Assembly: GCA_963771075.1 (NCBI GenBank)
Contig: CAVYSE010000021.1
Coordinates: 1-64,000, forward strand
From: a candidate division FCPU426 bacterium
GTDB lineage: Bacteria; Oederibacteriota; Muellerivitia; Muellerivitales; Muellerivitaceae
Length of the DNA stretch: 64,000 bases
Direction of reading: 5' to 3'
Shown here: positions 47,952 to 58,045 of the stretch, in pieces
Numbering within the stretch: the stretch's first letter is position 1
Layout: each line of letters starts with the position of its first letter
The notes under the pieces: model-generated
What the model was told of the DNA's origin: nothing
Seen by the model: only the letters and a program-made list of their open reading frames with translations
Databases searched by the model: none
Position numbers and translations under genes: made by a program

Positions 47952-49205
47952 TCATCCCTTGAGGGCCATGCCCAATACGTGACGCCTCAAAAGTTCCAGG
48001 GCCGCCTGGCTCGCGCGGAATTGGATATTTTCTCGGCTTCCGAAAAGGCGGAATTCCACGCTTTGGCTTCCCGTCTCATCGGCCAAACCCATCCACACCA
48101 GGCCCACCGGCTTTTCGGGCGTTCCCCCGTCCGGTCCGGCGATGCCGGTTGTTGAAAGCGCCAGGGAGGCGCCGGAACGTTTCAGGGCGCCTTCCGCCAT
48201 CCTCATCGCCACCTCGGAGCTGACCGCCCCCTTGGTTTTCAAAAGAACGGGATCCACGCCGAACAGGTCGGTTTTGACCTCGTTGCTGTAGGCAACATAT
48301 CCCGCCTTGAAATACTTGGAACTTCCGGGTATCCGGGTGATCCGATGGGCGATTAAACCTCCGGTGCAGGACTCGGCCAGCGCCAGGCTCAGTCCCCGTG
48401 TCAGGAGCATTCGGCCCACGATGGCCTCCAGGTCCTCCAGGTCCAAGCCATAGATATGGTTCGGCAAAAGCTGGGTGAGCTTCTTGCCCAACCCATCCAA
48501 AAGCGGATCGGCCTCGGCGTCGCTGGCGGCTTTGGCCGTCAAGCGGATGTCCACCCCTTCCTTGTGGGCCAGCACCCCCACCGTGGGGTTGGTGGACCGC
48601 TCGAACAATTCCTTGATGATGTCGTTCAATTGCGATTCGGACATTCCCGTCGTGCGGTAAACCCTCGACTTGATCAGGCTTCCGGACGGGTTCATTTCTT
48701 TCAAGAAGGGTTTCACGGTCCCCTCGAACATCGCCTTCATCTCCGCCGGTACGCCCGGCATGCAGGCCAGGTGGCATTTGCCGACCTTGACGATAAAACC
48801 GGGGGCAGTCCCCACCGGGTTGGGAATGATCACGGCGCCCTGAGGGATAAAGGCCTGGTTCAGGTTGGATTGGGGGAAGGCCATCTTGTTGCGCAAAAAC
48901 CTGGCCTCAATGGCCTTCGCGATGTCCTCATGGTAAACAAGGGTTTTACCGGCCAACTTGGCGGCGACTTTCCGGGTCACGTCATCCACGGTCGGCCCCA
49001 GCCCGCCGGTGCTGAGAACCACCTGGCCGCGCTCGCAGGCCCCCTTCAGGGCGGTTTCAATCCGCTTCTCGTTGTCGCCCACGGCTTGGGAGCCGAAAAC
49101 GTCAATGCCCAATTGGGCCATTTCCTTGGCCAGCCAGGCGGTGTTGGTATCCACGCTCTGGCCCAGCAATAATTCGGTTCCAATGACGACGATTTCACCG
49201 TTCAT
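47952..49205 (-). CDS. cinA: Competence/damage-inducible protein A
   Basis: IGTELLLG, GGLGPTVDD, AESCTGG and TGIAGP motifs. Confidence 0.95.
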   Translation of the reverse strand: MNGEIVVIGTELLLGQSVDTNTAWLAKEMAQLGIDVFGSQAVGDNEKRIETALKGACERGQVVLSTGGLGPTVDDVTRKVAAKLAGKTLVYHEDIAKAIEARFLRNKMAFPQSNLNQAFIPQGAVIIPNPVGTAPGFIVKVGKCHLACMPGVPAEMKAMFEGTVKPFLKEMNPSGSLIKSRVYRTTGMSESQLNDIIKELFERSTNPTVGVLAHKEGVDIRLTAKAASDAEADPLLDGLGKKLTQLLPNHIYGLDLEDLEAIVGRMLLTRGLSLALAESCTGGLIAHRITRIPGSSKYFKAGYVAYSNEVKTDLFGVDPVLLKTKGAVSSEVAMRMAEGALKRSGASLALSTTGIAGPDGGTPEKPVGLVWMGLADETGSQSVEFRLFGSRENIQFRASQAALELLRRHVLGMALKG

Positions 49206-49280
49206 CCGTATGGCTCCTCTAGGATATGGAACTTTTGCGGGCCGCTGAAAAAGCCCCTTCACATCGAGATCGGCTCCGCT

Positions 49281-49742
49281 TTAGGTGGCGATGAAACGGG
49301 CTAAAAAAGCGCCGATCTGCAGCCAAATATTGGCGTAGATGCCCGCCAAGAGATCGTCCAACATGATTCCCCATCCCCCGGGAAGCTTTTCCAGGTCCCG
49401 GATGGGATAGGGTTTCCAAATATCGAAAATGCGAAAAAGCACCAAGGCCATTAGGACATAGGGCCATTCCCGTGGAACCCACAATAGCGCCACGCCCATT
49501 CCCAACACCTCATCGATGACGCAACAGGAAGGGTCCGTGAGCCCCATTTCTTGGGCGGTGACACCCGTGACCGCCGCGCCCACGAACAATATGCCCGCCA
49601 GTACGCCCAACAGCCAAAGGGGCCGATCCATCAGGAGATAAAGCAGGGGCAGGGAAAGGACCGAGGCCCAGGTTCCCGGGGCCGTCGGAAGGAGCCCCAC
49701 AAAACAAAAGGTCGAGAGGAAGAAACAGATTTTCTTGATCAT
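49281..49742 (-). CDS. pgpA: Phosphatidylglycerophosphatase A
   Basis: APGTWAS, VIDEVLG, FRIFDIWKP and DDLLAG motifs. Confidence 0.93.
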   Translation of the reverse strand: MIKKICFFLSTFCFVGLLPTAPGTWASVLSLPLLYLLMDRPLWLLGVLAGILFVGAAVTGVTAQEMGLTDPSCCVIDEVLGMGVALLWVPREWPYVLMALVLFRIFDIWKPYPIRDLEKLPGGWGIMLDDLLAGIYANIWLQIGAFLARFIAT

Positions 49743-50389
49743 GGGTTGTCCTTCAGAACGTTCTTGTTCTTGAAAAAATAATCCAGTCCCGAAAGGATGG
49801 ACAAGGCGGTCGCGTAAAACATCAGCCAGTAGGGTCCGTACCAGACCAAATGGTTGATCCAATCGCCCGTCACGCCCAGTTTGGCGATCACGACGTCCCA
49901 GTTGCCCTGGTAACGCTCCACGGTCGCGCGAACGCAAATGATGGCGAGGATCACCGAGATCGCCACAATCTGGGACACGGTCTTGTGCTTTCCCGCCCGG
50001 CTGGCGGCGATCACCACATTCCGGCTCAGCGCCACCTGGCGGAAACCGGTGATCAAGGTTTCCCGGGCGATGATCACCACGACCATCCAGGCCGGCACCA
50101 GTTCCAACTGGACGAAGGCCAACAAGACCGAAAGGAACAAGATTTTGTCGGCGATCGGGTCCATCAAGGTCCCGAAATCGGTCTTGAGGTTGTATTTGCG
50201 GGCCAGGTAGCCGTCGAAATAATCGCTCAACGCGCCCAAGGCGAAGAGAATGCCGGCCGTCCATTTCGCCCAAAGCTCAGCGCGGAAGATCAGCACCAGG
50301 AAAATGGGCGTCACCAGGATTCGAAAAAAAGTCAGCAGGTTGGCGATATTCCAACGGTTATTGGTCAATAAAAACTTGGGCAGGATCAT
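49739..50389 (-). CDS. pgsA: CDP-diacylglycerol--glycerol-3-phosphate 3-phosphatidyltransferase
   Basis: DYFDGYLARK...GTLMDPIADK. Confidence 0.93.
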   Translation of the reverse strand: MILPKFLLTNNRWNIANLLTFFRILVTPIFLVLIFRAELWAKWTAGILFALGALSDYFDGYLARKYNLKTDFGTLMDPIADKILFLSVLLAFVQLELVPAWMVVVIIARETLITGFRQVALSRNVVIAASRAGKHKTVSQIVAISVILAIICVRATVERYQGNWDVVIAKLGVTGDWINHLVWYGPYWLMFYATALSILSGLDYFFKNKNVLKDNP

Positions 50390-51840
50390 TCGGAAACCTT
50401 GTTCATCGTCGGGTGCGCCACCAAATCTTGGCCCAAAACATGGGAAATTTCCACTTCCAACCACTGGCCCTTTTGCGCTTGGGGAAGGCCCTCGATTAAT
50501 ACCGACCCATCCACCTCCGGCGCCTGGTATCGGGTGCGGGCCTGGGCCGGGCCCTGGGGGTCTACTTCCTCGACCACCGCTTTTAGACGCTCTCCCACCC
50601 ACCTTTGGTGCGCTTTTTCGGCAATTGCGCCTTGGATTTGATAGGCCTGGGCCAGCCGTTCCTTCTTGATCTTTTCGGATACCTGTCGGCCCATGACGCC
50701 CGCGGGCGTGTCCTCTTCCTTGGAATAGGCGAAGAAACCCGCGTAATCCAGTTGGGCAAAATCCAGGAATTCTTCCAATTCCTTGAAATCCTGGTCGGTC
50801 TCCCCCGGGAAACCCACGATAAAGGTGGACCGCAGGGCGGCTTGGGGCAGCTTGGTCTTGATTCGTTCGAGTAATTTTTCCAGGGAAGCCCGGTTCCCGA
50901 TACGTTTCATGGCCTTCAATATCTTGTCGCTGGCATGCTGGAGGGGCACGTCGAAATAGGGCGCGATACGCTCGTGACCGGCCATGACTTCCAGCATCTC
51001 GTCCGTCACCCGGCTCGGGTAGAGATAATGGAGCCGAACCCACTCCAATTTCTTGATCGCCGATAGTTTCCTTAACAGGCTGGAAATCTGGGGTTTGCCA
51101 TATCGGTCCGACCCGTACCAGGTGCTGTCTTGGGCCACCAGACAAAGTTCCTTCACGCCTTGTTCCGCCAATTGCCTCGATTCCCTTTCGATATCTTCCA
51201 GGGACCGGCTTCGGTAGTGGCCCCGGATCTTGGGGATGATGCAGAAGGTGCAGGGCAGGTCGCACCCTTCCGAGATCTTCACATAAGCGAAATGGGATGG
51301 GGTGGAGAGAAAGCGGGGCGAGGAGGCGTCATAAACGTAGGTAGCTTCATTGAATGAATGGGACAATAGGGGCGGCTTCGTTTCGGCCTGGATTTGATAA
51401 ACCGGTAATGGTTCGCCCGGGAATGGGTTGACTTCCGGATAGCCCTTGGCGTCCGTGCGTCTTCGCGATGTTCCTTGAAGTTCGCTTGCGACGTTCTCGA
51501 CGTCGTTCAACCCGAAAAGAATATCGATCTCGGGAAGTTCCTTCCTCAGTTCCTCCCCGTACCTCTGGGCCAGGCATCCGCCCACCACGAGCGACTTCAG
51601 TTTTCCCGTTTTGCGAAGCTTGGCGGCGTCCAGGATTGCGTCGATGGATTCCTTTTTGGCGGCCTCGATGAAACCGCAGGTGTTCACGATGATGACTTCC
51701 GCCTGGGCGGGATCTTGGACCAGGGCATATTGGGCTTGGGCCAAGCGGCCCAGCATGACCTCGCTGTCCACGGTATTCTTGGGACAACCCAGGCTGATCA
51801 CGGCGACGGTTTTGGTTTTGGAGGCGATGGGGGTCTTCAT
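50386..51840 (-). CDS. rimO: Ribosomal protein S12 methylthiotransferase
   Basis: LGCPKNTVDSE, NTCGFI, CDLPCTFC and APEVDG motifs. Confidence 0.95.
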   Translation of the reverse strand: MKTPIASKTKTVAVISLGCPKNTVDSEVMLGRLAQAQYALVQDPAQAEVIIVNTCGFIEAAKKESIDAILDAAKLRKTGKLKSLVVGGCLAQRYGEELRKELPEIDILFGLNDVENVASELQGTSRRRTDAKGYPEVNPFPGEPLPVYQIQAETKPPLLSHSFNEATYVYDASSPRFLSTPSHFAYVKISEGCDLPCTFCIIPKIRGHYRSRSLEDIERESRQLAEQGVKELCLVAQDSTWYGSDRYGKPQISSLLRKLSAIKKLEWVRLHYLYPSRVTDEMLEVMAGHERIAPYFDVPLQHASDKILKAMKRIGNRASLEKLLERIKTKLPQAALRSTFIVGFPGETDQDFKELEEFLDFAQLDYAGFFAYSKEEDTPAGVMGRQVSEKIKKERLAQAYQIQGAIAEKAHQRWVGERLKAVVEEVDPQGPAQARTRYQAPEVDGSVLIEGLPQAQKGQWLEVEISHVLGQDLVAHPTMNKVSE

Positions 51841-51966
51841 GACGGCATACTCTAACATAAGAGCCCAATAATTTCGGGCCTTCGGCGGAGCAAAATAGCT
51901 CAAGAAGGGTTAACAAAACTTCGGTATTCCGACCCGCTCTTGAGGTCGTTTGAAACTCCGGTCTTT

Positions 51967-52689
51967 TCAAAAATATCGTTTGATCATGGCCTGGCCGACC
52001 GTAAAGAAAAGCGCCGCGTCCAGCATGGCGAAAAGCCCGAACCCCACAAAGGTCCAGGTCGTGAGATGCAGGTTCAACCGACGCGCGTGCTCATGCAGGG
52101 AGTCGTGGTATTCCCGGGTGTCCTCCCGGAAATAAAGGTAAAAGCCAAGGATCAAAAGCATCGGAGAGGCGTAAATGAGGTTGTAAAAAAGGATATAAGC
52201 CAACACTCCCGGCACCGCCAGGTGAAGGGCCGAATATTGGGTAAGAGCCAGGAAATAAGGGATCGAGCCGGGAAACGACACGAGGGAAATGAATCCACCG
52301 ATACAAAAAGCGAAAAGGCCGTTCATGTGGATTAGTTTTGTGAGGAGCCATTGGATCAAACGGTTCCGGGGCGCCCTCTTCTTCCTGAAAAAAGTCCAAA
52401 GGCCAATGGCGGTCAGGATCAGCCCCGAGAAGAATTCCGATTGGTAATAGACCCGGTTCGGGACGTTTTTGTAGGGAAACATACGGCTGATGATCTCTCT
52501 CAAAGCGTCGAGCGCGTAATATCCCCCGAAACCGCAAAGAAAATAGACACCGGCCAGCCCGATCAGGTAGGCCACCGCGTTTCGGATGGGATTTTCCGTC
52601 GTCAGCAGCAGGACAAACACGATGATCTGGAGGGTCGTCGAAAGGCTGTCGAACAAGGAAAGCGGGACAGTCGATAGTATTTCGTTCAT
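51967..52689 (-). CDS. GAP/Sap-like membrane protein
   Basis: DSLS near the N-terminus, IPYF and YNLIY motifs, about six transmembrane segments. Confidence 0.6.
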   Translation of the reverse strand: MNEILSTVPLSLFDSLSTTLQIIVFVLLLTTENPIRNAVAYLIGLAGVYFLCGFGGYYALDALREIISRMFPYKNVPNRVYYQSEFFSGLILTAIGLWTFFRKKRAPRNRLIQWLLTKLIHMNGLFAFCIGGFISLVSFPGSIPYFLALTQYSALHLAVPGVLAYILFYNLIYASPMLLILGFYLYFREDTREYHDSLHEHARRLNLHLTTWTFVGFGLFAMLDAALFFTVGQAMIKRYF

Positions 52690-54107
52690 TTAAGTTTTCC
52701 TCTCGTGGCCCGGTCAATACTGCGGGTGATGACCCGCGCTAAAAGCCTGATATCCTTCTCGCGGATGGCCAAGGGCGGCATCAGGACGATCACATTGCCC
52801 AAGGGGCGCAATAACACCCCCTGCTTCTTCGCCTCGGCGCAAACCCGGTAACCCATTTTCAGTGGATAGGGATAGGGTTCGTTGGTTGCCTTGTTTTGGA
52901 TCAGTTCAATACCGCCCATCAGGCCCCGCAAGCGGATATCCGACACGTGGGGATGGTCCCCCAGGGGCTCTAAAAGCGTTTGAAGAAGATGGCTCTTTTC
53001 TTGAATCCCTCTCAGGAACCCCTTTCTCCCCATCAATTGCAAATTGGCGATGGCGGCCGCGCAGCCAAGTTGGTTTCCCATGAAGGTGTGACCGTGATAG
53101 AAGGTTCGGCCCGACTCGAACTTGCCCAGGAAGGCCCGGTAAACCTTTTCGGTGGCCAGGGTGGCCGCGACCGGCAGGTATCCGCCCGTCAGGTTCTTGG
53201 CCAAGCAGAGCAGGTCCGGAAGTACCCCCTCCTGCTCGCAGGCGAACATCGTTCCGGTCCGTCCGAAACCGGTGGCCACCTCATCCAGAATCAAGAGAAC
53301 GTTATATCGGTCGCATAGCCCTCGAATGGCCTTGAGATAACCCCAAGGATGGGTCAGCATCCCCCCGGCCCCTTCAATCAGGGGTTCCATATGGACCGCC
53401 GCCAAGCGGGAACCGTATTTCTTGAAAACTCCCTCGGCTTCCCCCACGCAATCTTTCAGCCATTTTGCGTTCGAGACTTTTCGATTGGGGTACTCAAAGG
53501 GGCTTTTCACTTTGAGGGTTTTGAAGAGCATGGGCCCGAAAATGCCGTGGAAAAGGTCGATCCCGCCCAGGCTGACCGATCCGATCGTATCACCGTGATA
53601 CCCTTCCTTGATTGTTAAGAAGAGGTTTTTCTGATCGTCATATTCTGTTTTTTTGCCGTTCTTCGTGTCTTCGCGGCTTCGTGTTGAATGTTGGTTTTTG
53701 TCCCTAACCTGTTGCCAATATTGAAAAGCCATCTTGGCCGCGATCTCATTGGCTTCCGAACCCGAATCTGAATAAAAAACACGTGTCAGGCCCTTGGGCG
53801 CCAGCTTGACCAGCATTTCCGCCAGCAATATGGCTGGCTCATGGGTGGCCCCCAGCAGGGTGGAATGGGCTATTTTCTTGAGCTGTTTTTGGATGGCCCT
53901 GTCGATTTCGGGCACCTGGTGGCCATGCACGTTGCACCAGAGGGAGGATACGCCATCGAGGTATTTATTCCCCTTGGCGTCGTATAGATAGGTCCCCTTC
54001 CCCCGGGTAATGACGGTGATATCCGGGTCCCTTTCCCATTCCTGTTGTTGGGTAAAGGGATGCCAGAGGTACTTTTTATCTTTTCGGGAGAGGGTTTGAT
54101 GGTTCAT
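52686..54107 (-). CDS. bioA: Adenosylmethionine--8-amino-7-oxononanoate aminotransferase
   Basis: LWHPFTQ, DGVSSLW, YHGDT, DEVATGFGRTG and AKNLTGGYLP motifs. Confidence 0.95.
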   Translation of the reverse strand: MNHQTLSRKDKKYLWHPFTQQQEWERDPDITVITRGKGTYLYDAKGNKYLDGVSSLWCNVHGHQVPEIDRAIQKQLKKIAHSTLLGATHEPAILLAEMLVKLAPKGLTRVFYSDSGSEANEIAAKMAFQYWQQVRDKNQHSTRSREDTKNGKKTEYDDQKNLFLTIKEGYHGDTIGSVSLGGIDLFHGIFGPMLFKTLKVKSPFEYPNRKVSNAKWLKDCVGEAEGVFKKYGSRLAAVHMEPLIEGAGGMLTHPWGYLKAIRGLCDRYNVLLILDEVATGFGRTGTMFACEQEGVLPDLLCLAKNLTGGYLPVAATLATEKVYRAFLGKFESGRTFYHGHTFMGNQLGCAAAIANLQLMGRKGFLRGIQEKSHLLQTLLEPLGDHPHVSDIRLRGLMGGIELIQNKATNEPYPYPLKMGYRVCAEAKKQGVLLRPLGNVIVLMPPLAIREKDIRLLARVITRSIDRATRGKLK

Positions 54108-54183
54108 GGGAGGAAATTATACAGAACTTATTTCAAAGTTTGCCGAAGGTATTTCGGGTTGAAGTCCTGAACAAAGCAAATCC

Positions 54184-54600
54184 TCAAGCCCCCTCGGCCT
54201 TGAACCCCAAGGCTTGGGCTGCCCTCGCTAGGGATTTATCGTGGGTGGAGACGGTTAAATCATCCCCCGTCTCGTCCCTCCACGCGATAGCCGTGGAAAG
54301 GTGGATGGCGTCCAACGTGCCCAAGGCCACGGGAAAAGGTCCGGATGCCCTGCGCAAAATGACCGGGGTCGGTTGGATAATTTCCATGGCTTCCATCGAC
54401 TGAAAAAGGGCTTTCCGGAAGGAAGCATTCTGTTCCTCGGTCATTTCCCCCGTCACACGCATCCGGTCTAGGGTGCGCAGGCACTCTACCTCTACCAGGC
54501 TGCTGGCGATTTTTTGGCCGTAACGCGAGAATTCGCGGAAGGGATCAGGCTGGTTCAAGAGGATACGAAGCAGGACCGAGGAGTCCAGGTATGCGTTCAT
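54184..54600 (-). CDS. vapC: VapC PIN-domain toxin
   Basis: YLDSS, LGTLDAIHL and THD motifs. Confidence 0.9.
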   Translation of the reverse strand: MNAYLDSSVLLRILLNQPDPFREFSRYGQKIASSLVEVECLRTLDRMRVTGEMTEEQNASFRKALFQSMEAMEIIQPTPVILRRASGPFPVALGTLDAIHLSTAIAWRDETGDDLTVSTHDKSLARAAQALGFKAEGA

Positions 54601-54866
54601 CGGTAACTTTGGCGTTCTTCGGCCAAATACCTTAGAACATCAACCTTCTTCCCCAGGCGCGGCGGAAACTGAATCTGTTCAGGGCGCAAAGTCGCGTGGC
54701 GAATAGACAGTTGGCTCGGCTTATCGGGATAGGGAACGACTTGGGCCACGGGGGTGCGCCGGTCCACCAATGTCAGGGGATGCCCGTTTCGGACGTTTCG
54801 GAGGTATTCGCTCAAGTGCGCCTTAAAGTCGGCGATTTGCACGGTTGTTTTTTCTGTTTTATTCAT
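54597..54866 (-). CDS. Phd/YefM-type antitoxin
   Basis: IADFKAHLSEYLRNVRNG...PVAQVVP. Confidence 0.88.
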   Translation of the reverse strand: MNKTEKTTVQIADFKAHLSEYLRNVRNGHPLTLVDRRTPVAQVVPYPDKPSQLSIRHATLRPEQIQFPPRLGKKVDVLRYLAEERQSYR

Positions 54867-54930
54867 GACCCCATGATGACCATATAAGGTCATTTAGTCA
54901 AGAACGGGGTTCAGCCATGTCCCGGAAACA

Positions 54931-55185
54931 ATGACCCCATTGTTGTGCCGGTTATCCACCCCGCTGGCATCCACGCCAATTTTTTCCCCATAGATTTTAG
55001 CTGCTTTCGCCAGTACCTCTTCCGGTTTCAATTTAACTGCCTGTTTCTGGTATTTGGGCACATCCAGGTTTTTGTGCTTTTACCCCACCTCGTGGACAAT
55101 GGTTACGTATTGGCCCCTTTTACAACATTAGCGCAGGAAGAAGGGGTTGGAATAGTTACTATAAAATGAAGACTTGACCCCATTG
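54931..55185. repeat. Deleted copy of the IR-bounded element at 57615-58045
   Basis: 54982-55185 aligns to 57842-58045, and ~54957-54990 aligns to ~57709-57742. Confidence 0.8.
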
Positions 55186-55199
55186 TTGCAAGGCCGTCA

Positions 55200-55475
55200 T
55201 TGGCCGCCTCCAAGAAACCATCCCCTCAAAGCAAAAAGGATATCGAACGTATGCAGAAGATTGGGCCAAGGGAAAGACGTGTGCTCGCTTACTTCGGAAA
55301 GAATTTACAGCTTCGGACAAAAAATCTTTGTTCCTTGTTCGGTATCAAGGAACGCGCGGCCAGGGATTTGCTCGCCAAATGGTTGGAGCTTGGATTGATC
55401 GAAAAACAGGGGTCAGGCAAACGGGACGCCTAATACATTTTATCGGCGGAATATCGGCGTCTTATCGGCAGTTAA
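55200..55475 (+). pseudogene. C-terminal winged-HTH fragment (Fic-family-like) with an internal stop
   Basis: ...RAARDLLAKWLELGLIEKQGSGKRDA*YILSAEY...; no N-terminal domain. Confidence 0.45.
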
Positions 55476-55683
55476 GAATTTAAATTTTGTGGGGAAAGCC
55501 TTCCCCTTGGCCTCGGCTACCTTCGGTGATCCTCGGCACACCCCTTCTCCTGGGGCTTTACCCCAAGCCCCTTTAAAACCCTTTAATTCTTAAATTCTTC
55601 CCCATTAGATTCCCTGCCAGAGACTTCTTGTAAAGCCGTAAAATGGGTCTCGTTTTTTAAATTGTCCATCTAAGGGAAACATA

Positions 55684-57486
55684 ATGAAAAAGTTTCGTAT
55701 GAAATCAGGCCACCTGGAAATCCTATTTTTAATTGCATTCGTTTATTTTACTAATTCTAATCAAGCTATTCCCCAAATTATGCAAAGAACACCGTTTTCA
55801 AAATTAACTCATGATCAATATCTAAAACTGACGCTTGAAGACATTAAAATTATTGCGAACCAGGGTGATTCGGATGCTCAATTACAATTAGGCGTCTTAT
55901 ATTGCGCTGGCACAAACATGGCACATCCCGATATTCAGGAAGGTATAACTTGGTATAAGAAATCCATTGAAAACGGAAATGGACGAGCAGCTCTTTATTT
56001 GGCCGAAATTTACCAACATGGAATTGAAGGCCATCCTGACATGAAAGAGGCCATGAAGTGGTTTTGGAAAGCCTCTGATTTGGGGGATGACGTTGCGACG
56101 ACATGGTTAGCAAAGTGGTACAAGGAAGGAACAAATGGAGTAAATCAAGACTATGCAACGGCCTTAAAATTATTCCAAAAGTTGGTGGATCATGGGAATA
56201 GAGGGGGCACTGTTTCATTGGCGGAAATGTATGTAAAAGGTGATGGCGTTGAAAAAAACTCAACGAAAGCTCGGGAATTGTTGAAAAACTTTCCTGACGA
56301 TGGGAATGCCGATGTTTCCCGGATATTAGTTGAATTGGCCGGCTACGAAAGCGTCAACGCTATAGGAAGTTATTTAGCCAAAGATAAACCCACTATTCCA
56401 TCTTTTTATTTTTGGAGAAGGGCATATCAAAAAAAAGGACCAAGTTATTACAAATTATTTAAATCCGATGAAAATGGGGTTTCATCTGAAGAAAAAGCAT
56501 TTACTATAACCCATGAAGAAGCGACAGAAGAATATCAGACCAAACATCCCGTTCAAGCAGCCTTTGCGTCTTACGCCGATATGGTTAAGTACAGCACCCC
56601 AACGGCAACACCAACACCCATAATATCCCCTTCCAAAAAGTGGTTAATTACCATGCCTGAAGGTAGTTGGGAAGACGATCATTCCATTCAATTGTTAAAC
56701 AGTGATTCTAATCAACAAACAGAAGTAGATATTCCAGGCGGGGGTTGGTCTTGGTCCCCGGTTTGTTGGAATCCGACAAGGGATCTTTTCTATTTTTCCG
56801 AGAACGAAGGATCTTCTACGGATAGGCACAATGATTATTGGCAGTTTGATCCGGTAATGAAAAAATTCACTTTCATCGGTGGGGGTATTGGGTCTTTTGA
56901 ATTCAGCCCCGATGGAAAATGGATTATCTGGAATGATGGAACTTGGATTCAATGGGAAGACCACCAAATTCACGCCTATAGTGTTGAAACAAATATGGAC
57001 TACACATTAACCAACGGCCACTCAGATAATTCTTTTTATAAATGGGCGGATGATAATTCTATTGGAAAATGGGACGAGATAAATAAACACATTAACGCAG
57101 GAAGAAAACTTTACTCACAGAAGGATTTTAAAGGTGCGATCTCCGAATATCTTAAGGCCATCGATTTAGACCCAAATAATGGGACGGCCTATGGCTACAT
57201 GGGTTATTCCTACTTACGAAATGGGCAACTGGACGAAGCGGAAAAATCTCTTCAAAATGCCATGAGGCTCAATCCTGGTGATCCAATGAATAAGTACAAT
57301 TCGTCCTTGGTTTATTGGACGAAACAAAACGGCGGCTTAGCCTCTTTTTGGCTTGAACAACTTTATATCATTGATTATTCCTTTAGACGAAAAGTGGAAA
57401 AAGATCCTCAATTTAAGGATGTCATTAAAAGCCCTGAATACCTAAAGATGATCAAAAAGAGATGGGGAAGATCCAAATCTTCGTAA
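55684..57486 (+). CDS. Secreted Sel1-repeat / propeller-like / TPR protein
   Basis: Sel1 repeats (GDSDAQLQLG..., A.KWFWKA), FSPDGKWI and C-terminal TPRs; AT-rich. Confidence 0.85.
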   Translation: MKKFRMKSGHLEILFLIAFVYFTNSNQAIPQIMQRTPFSKLTHDQYLKLTLEDIKIIANQGDSDAQLQLGVLYCAGTNMAHPDIQEGITWYKKSIENGNGRAALYLAEIYQHGIEGHPDMKEAMKWFWKASDLGDDVATTWLAKWYKEGTNGVNQDYATALKLFQKLVDHGNRGGTVSLAEMYVKGDGVEKNSTKARELLKNFPDDGNADVSRILVELAGYESVNAIGSYLAKDKPTIPSFYFWRRAYQKKGPSYYKLFKSDENGVSSEEKAFTITHEEATEEYQTKHPVQAAFASYADMVKYSTPTATPTPIISPSKKWLITMPEGSWEDDHSIQLLNSDSNQQTEVDIPGGGWSWSPVCWNPTRDLFYFSENEGSSTDRHNDYWQFDPVMKKFTFIGGGIGSFEFSPDGKWIIWNDGTWIQWEDHQIHAYSVETNMDYTLTNGHSDNSFYKWADDNSIGKWDEINKHINAGRKLYSQKDFKGAISEYLKAIDLDPNNGTAYGYMGYSYLRNGQLDEAEKSLQNAMRLNPGDPMNKYNSSLVYWTKQNGGLASFWLEQLYIIDYSFRRKVEKDPQFKDVIKSPEYLKMIKKRWGRSKSS

Positions 57487-57614
57487 AAACTGTCCCCCTA
57501 AGTAACCTGTAGAGAATTGATGGGCTTCCCCCTTGGCCTGCCCTCCGAAGCCTTGGCGTAGGATGACCTCGGCTACCTTCGGTGATCCTCGGCACACCCC
57601 CTTCTCCTGCAAAA

Positions 57615-58045
57615 CAATAGGGTCAAGTCTTCATTTTATATTATCTATCCGAGCCTTGAACCGTGTCTCTCCCTCCATCCGCTTCTTTACCATCGCTATC
57701 CGATTCCCCACCGCGCTGGCACCCACGCCCATCTTTTCCCCAATTTCCATTGAACTCATCCCCGATTTCCGTTTCATCAAATAAATGGCCGCGTCCCGTG
57801 CTTCCGACTCCCTTTTTCCAGCCTTCAATATCTCACCCGGCTTTTCCCCATGGATTTTAGCTACTTTCGCCAGTACCTCTTCCGGTTTCAATTTAATTGC
57901 CTGTTTCTGGTATTTGGGCACATCCAGGTGTTTGTGCTTTTAGCCCACCTCGTGAACAATGGATACGCGATGGCGCATTTTACAACATTAGCGCAGGAAG
58001 AAGCGGTTGGAAAAGCTGCTATAAAGTGAAGACTTGATCTTATTG
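57615..58045. mobile_element. IR-bounded non-autonomous element carrying an HTH remnant
   Basis: CAATAGGGTCAAGTCTTCATTTTATA / TATAAAGTGAAGACTTGATCTTATTG inverted repeats (23/26). Confidence 0.7.
57631..57921 (-). pseudogene. DnaA-C-terminal-like HTH fragment, probably a transposase C-terminus
   Basis: EARDAAIYLMKRKSGMSSMEIGEKMGVGASAV; the stop lies inside the terminal IR. Confidence 0.55.

Noticed and set aside
49739..51265. 508-aa and 330-aa ORFs suggesting fused pgsA/pgpA
   Set aside because: The N-terminal extensions overlap rimO and pgsA in other frames. The real starts are at 50389 and 49742.
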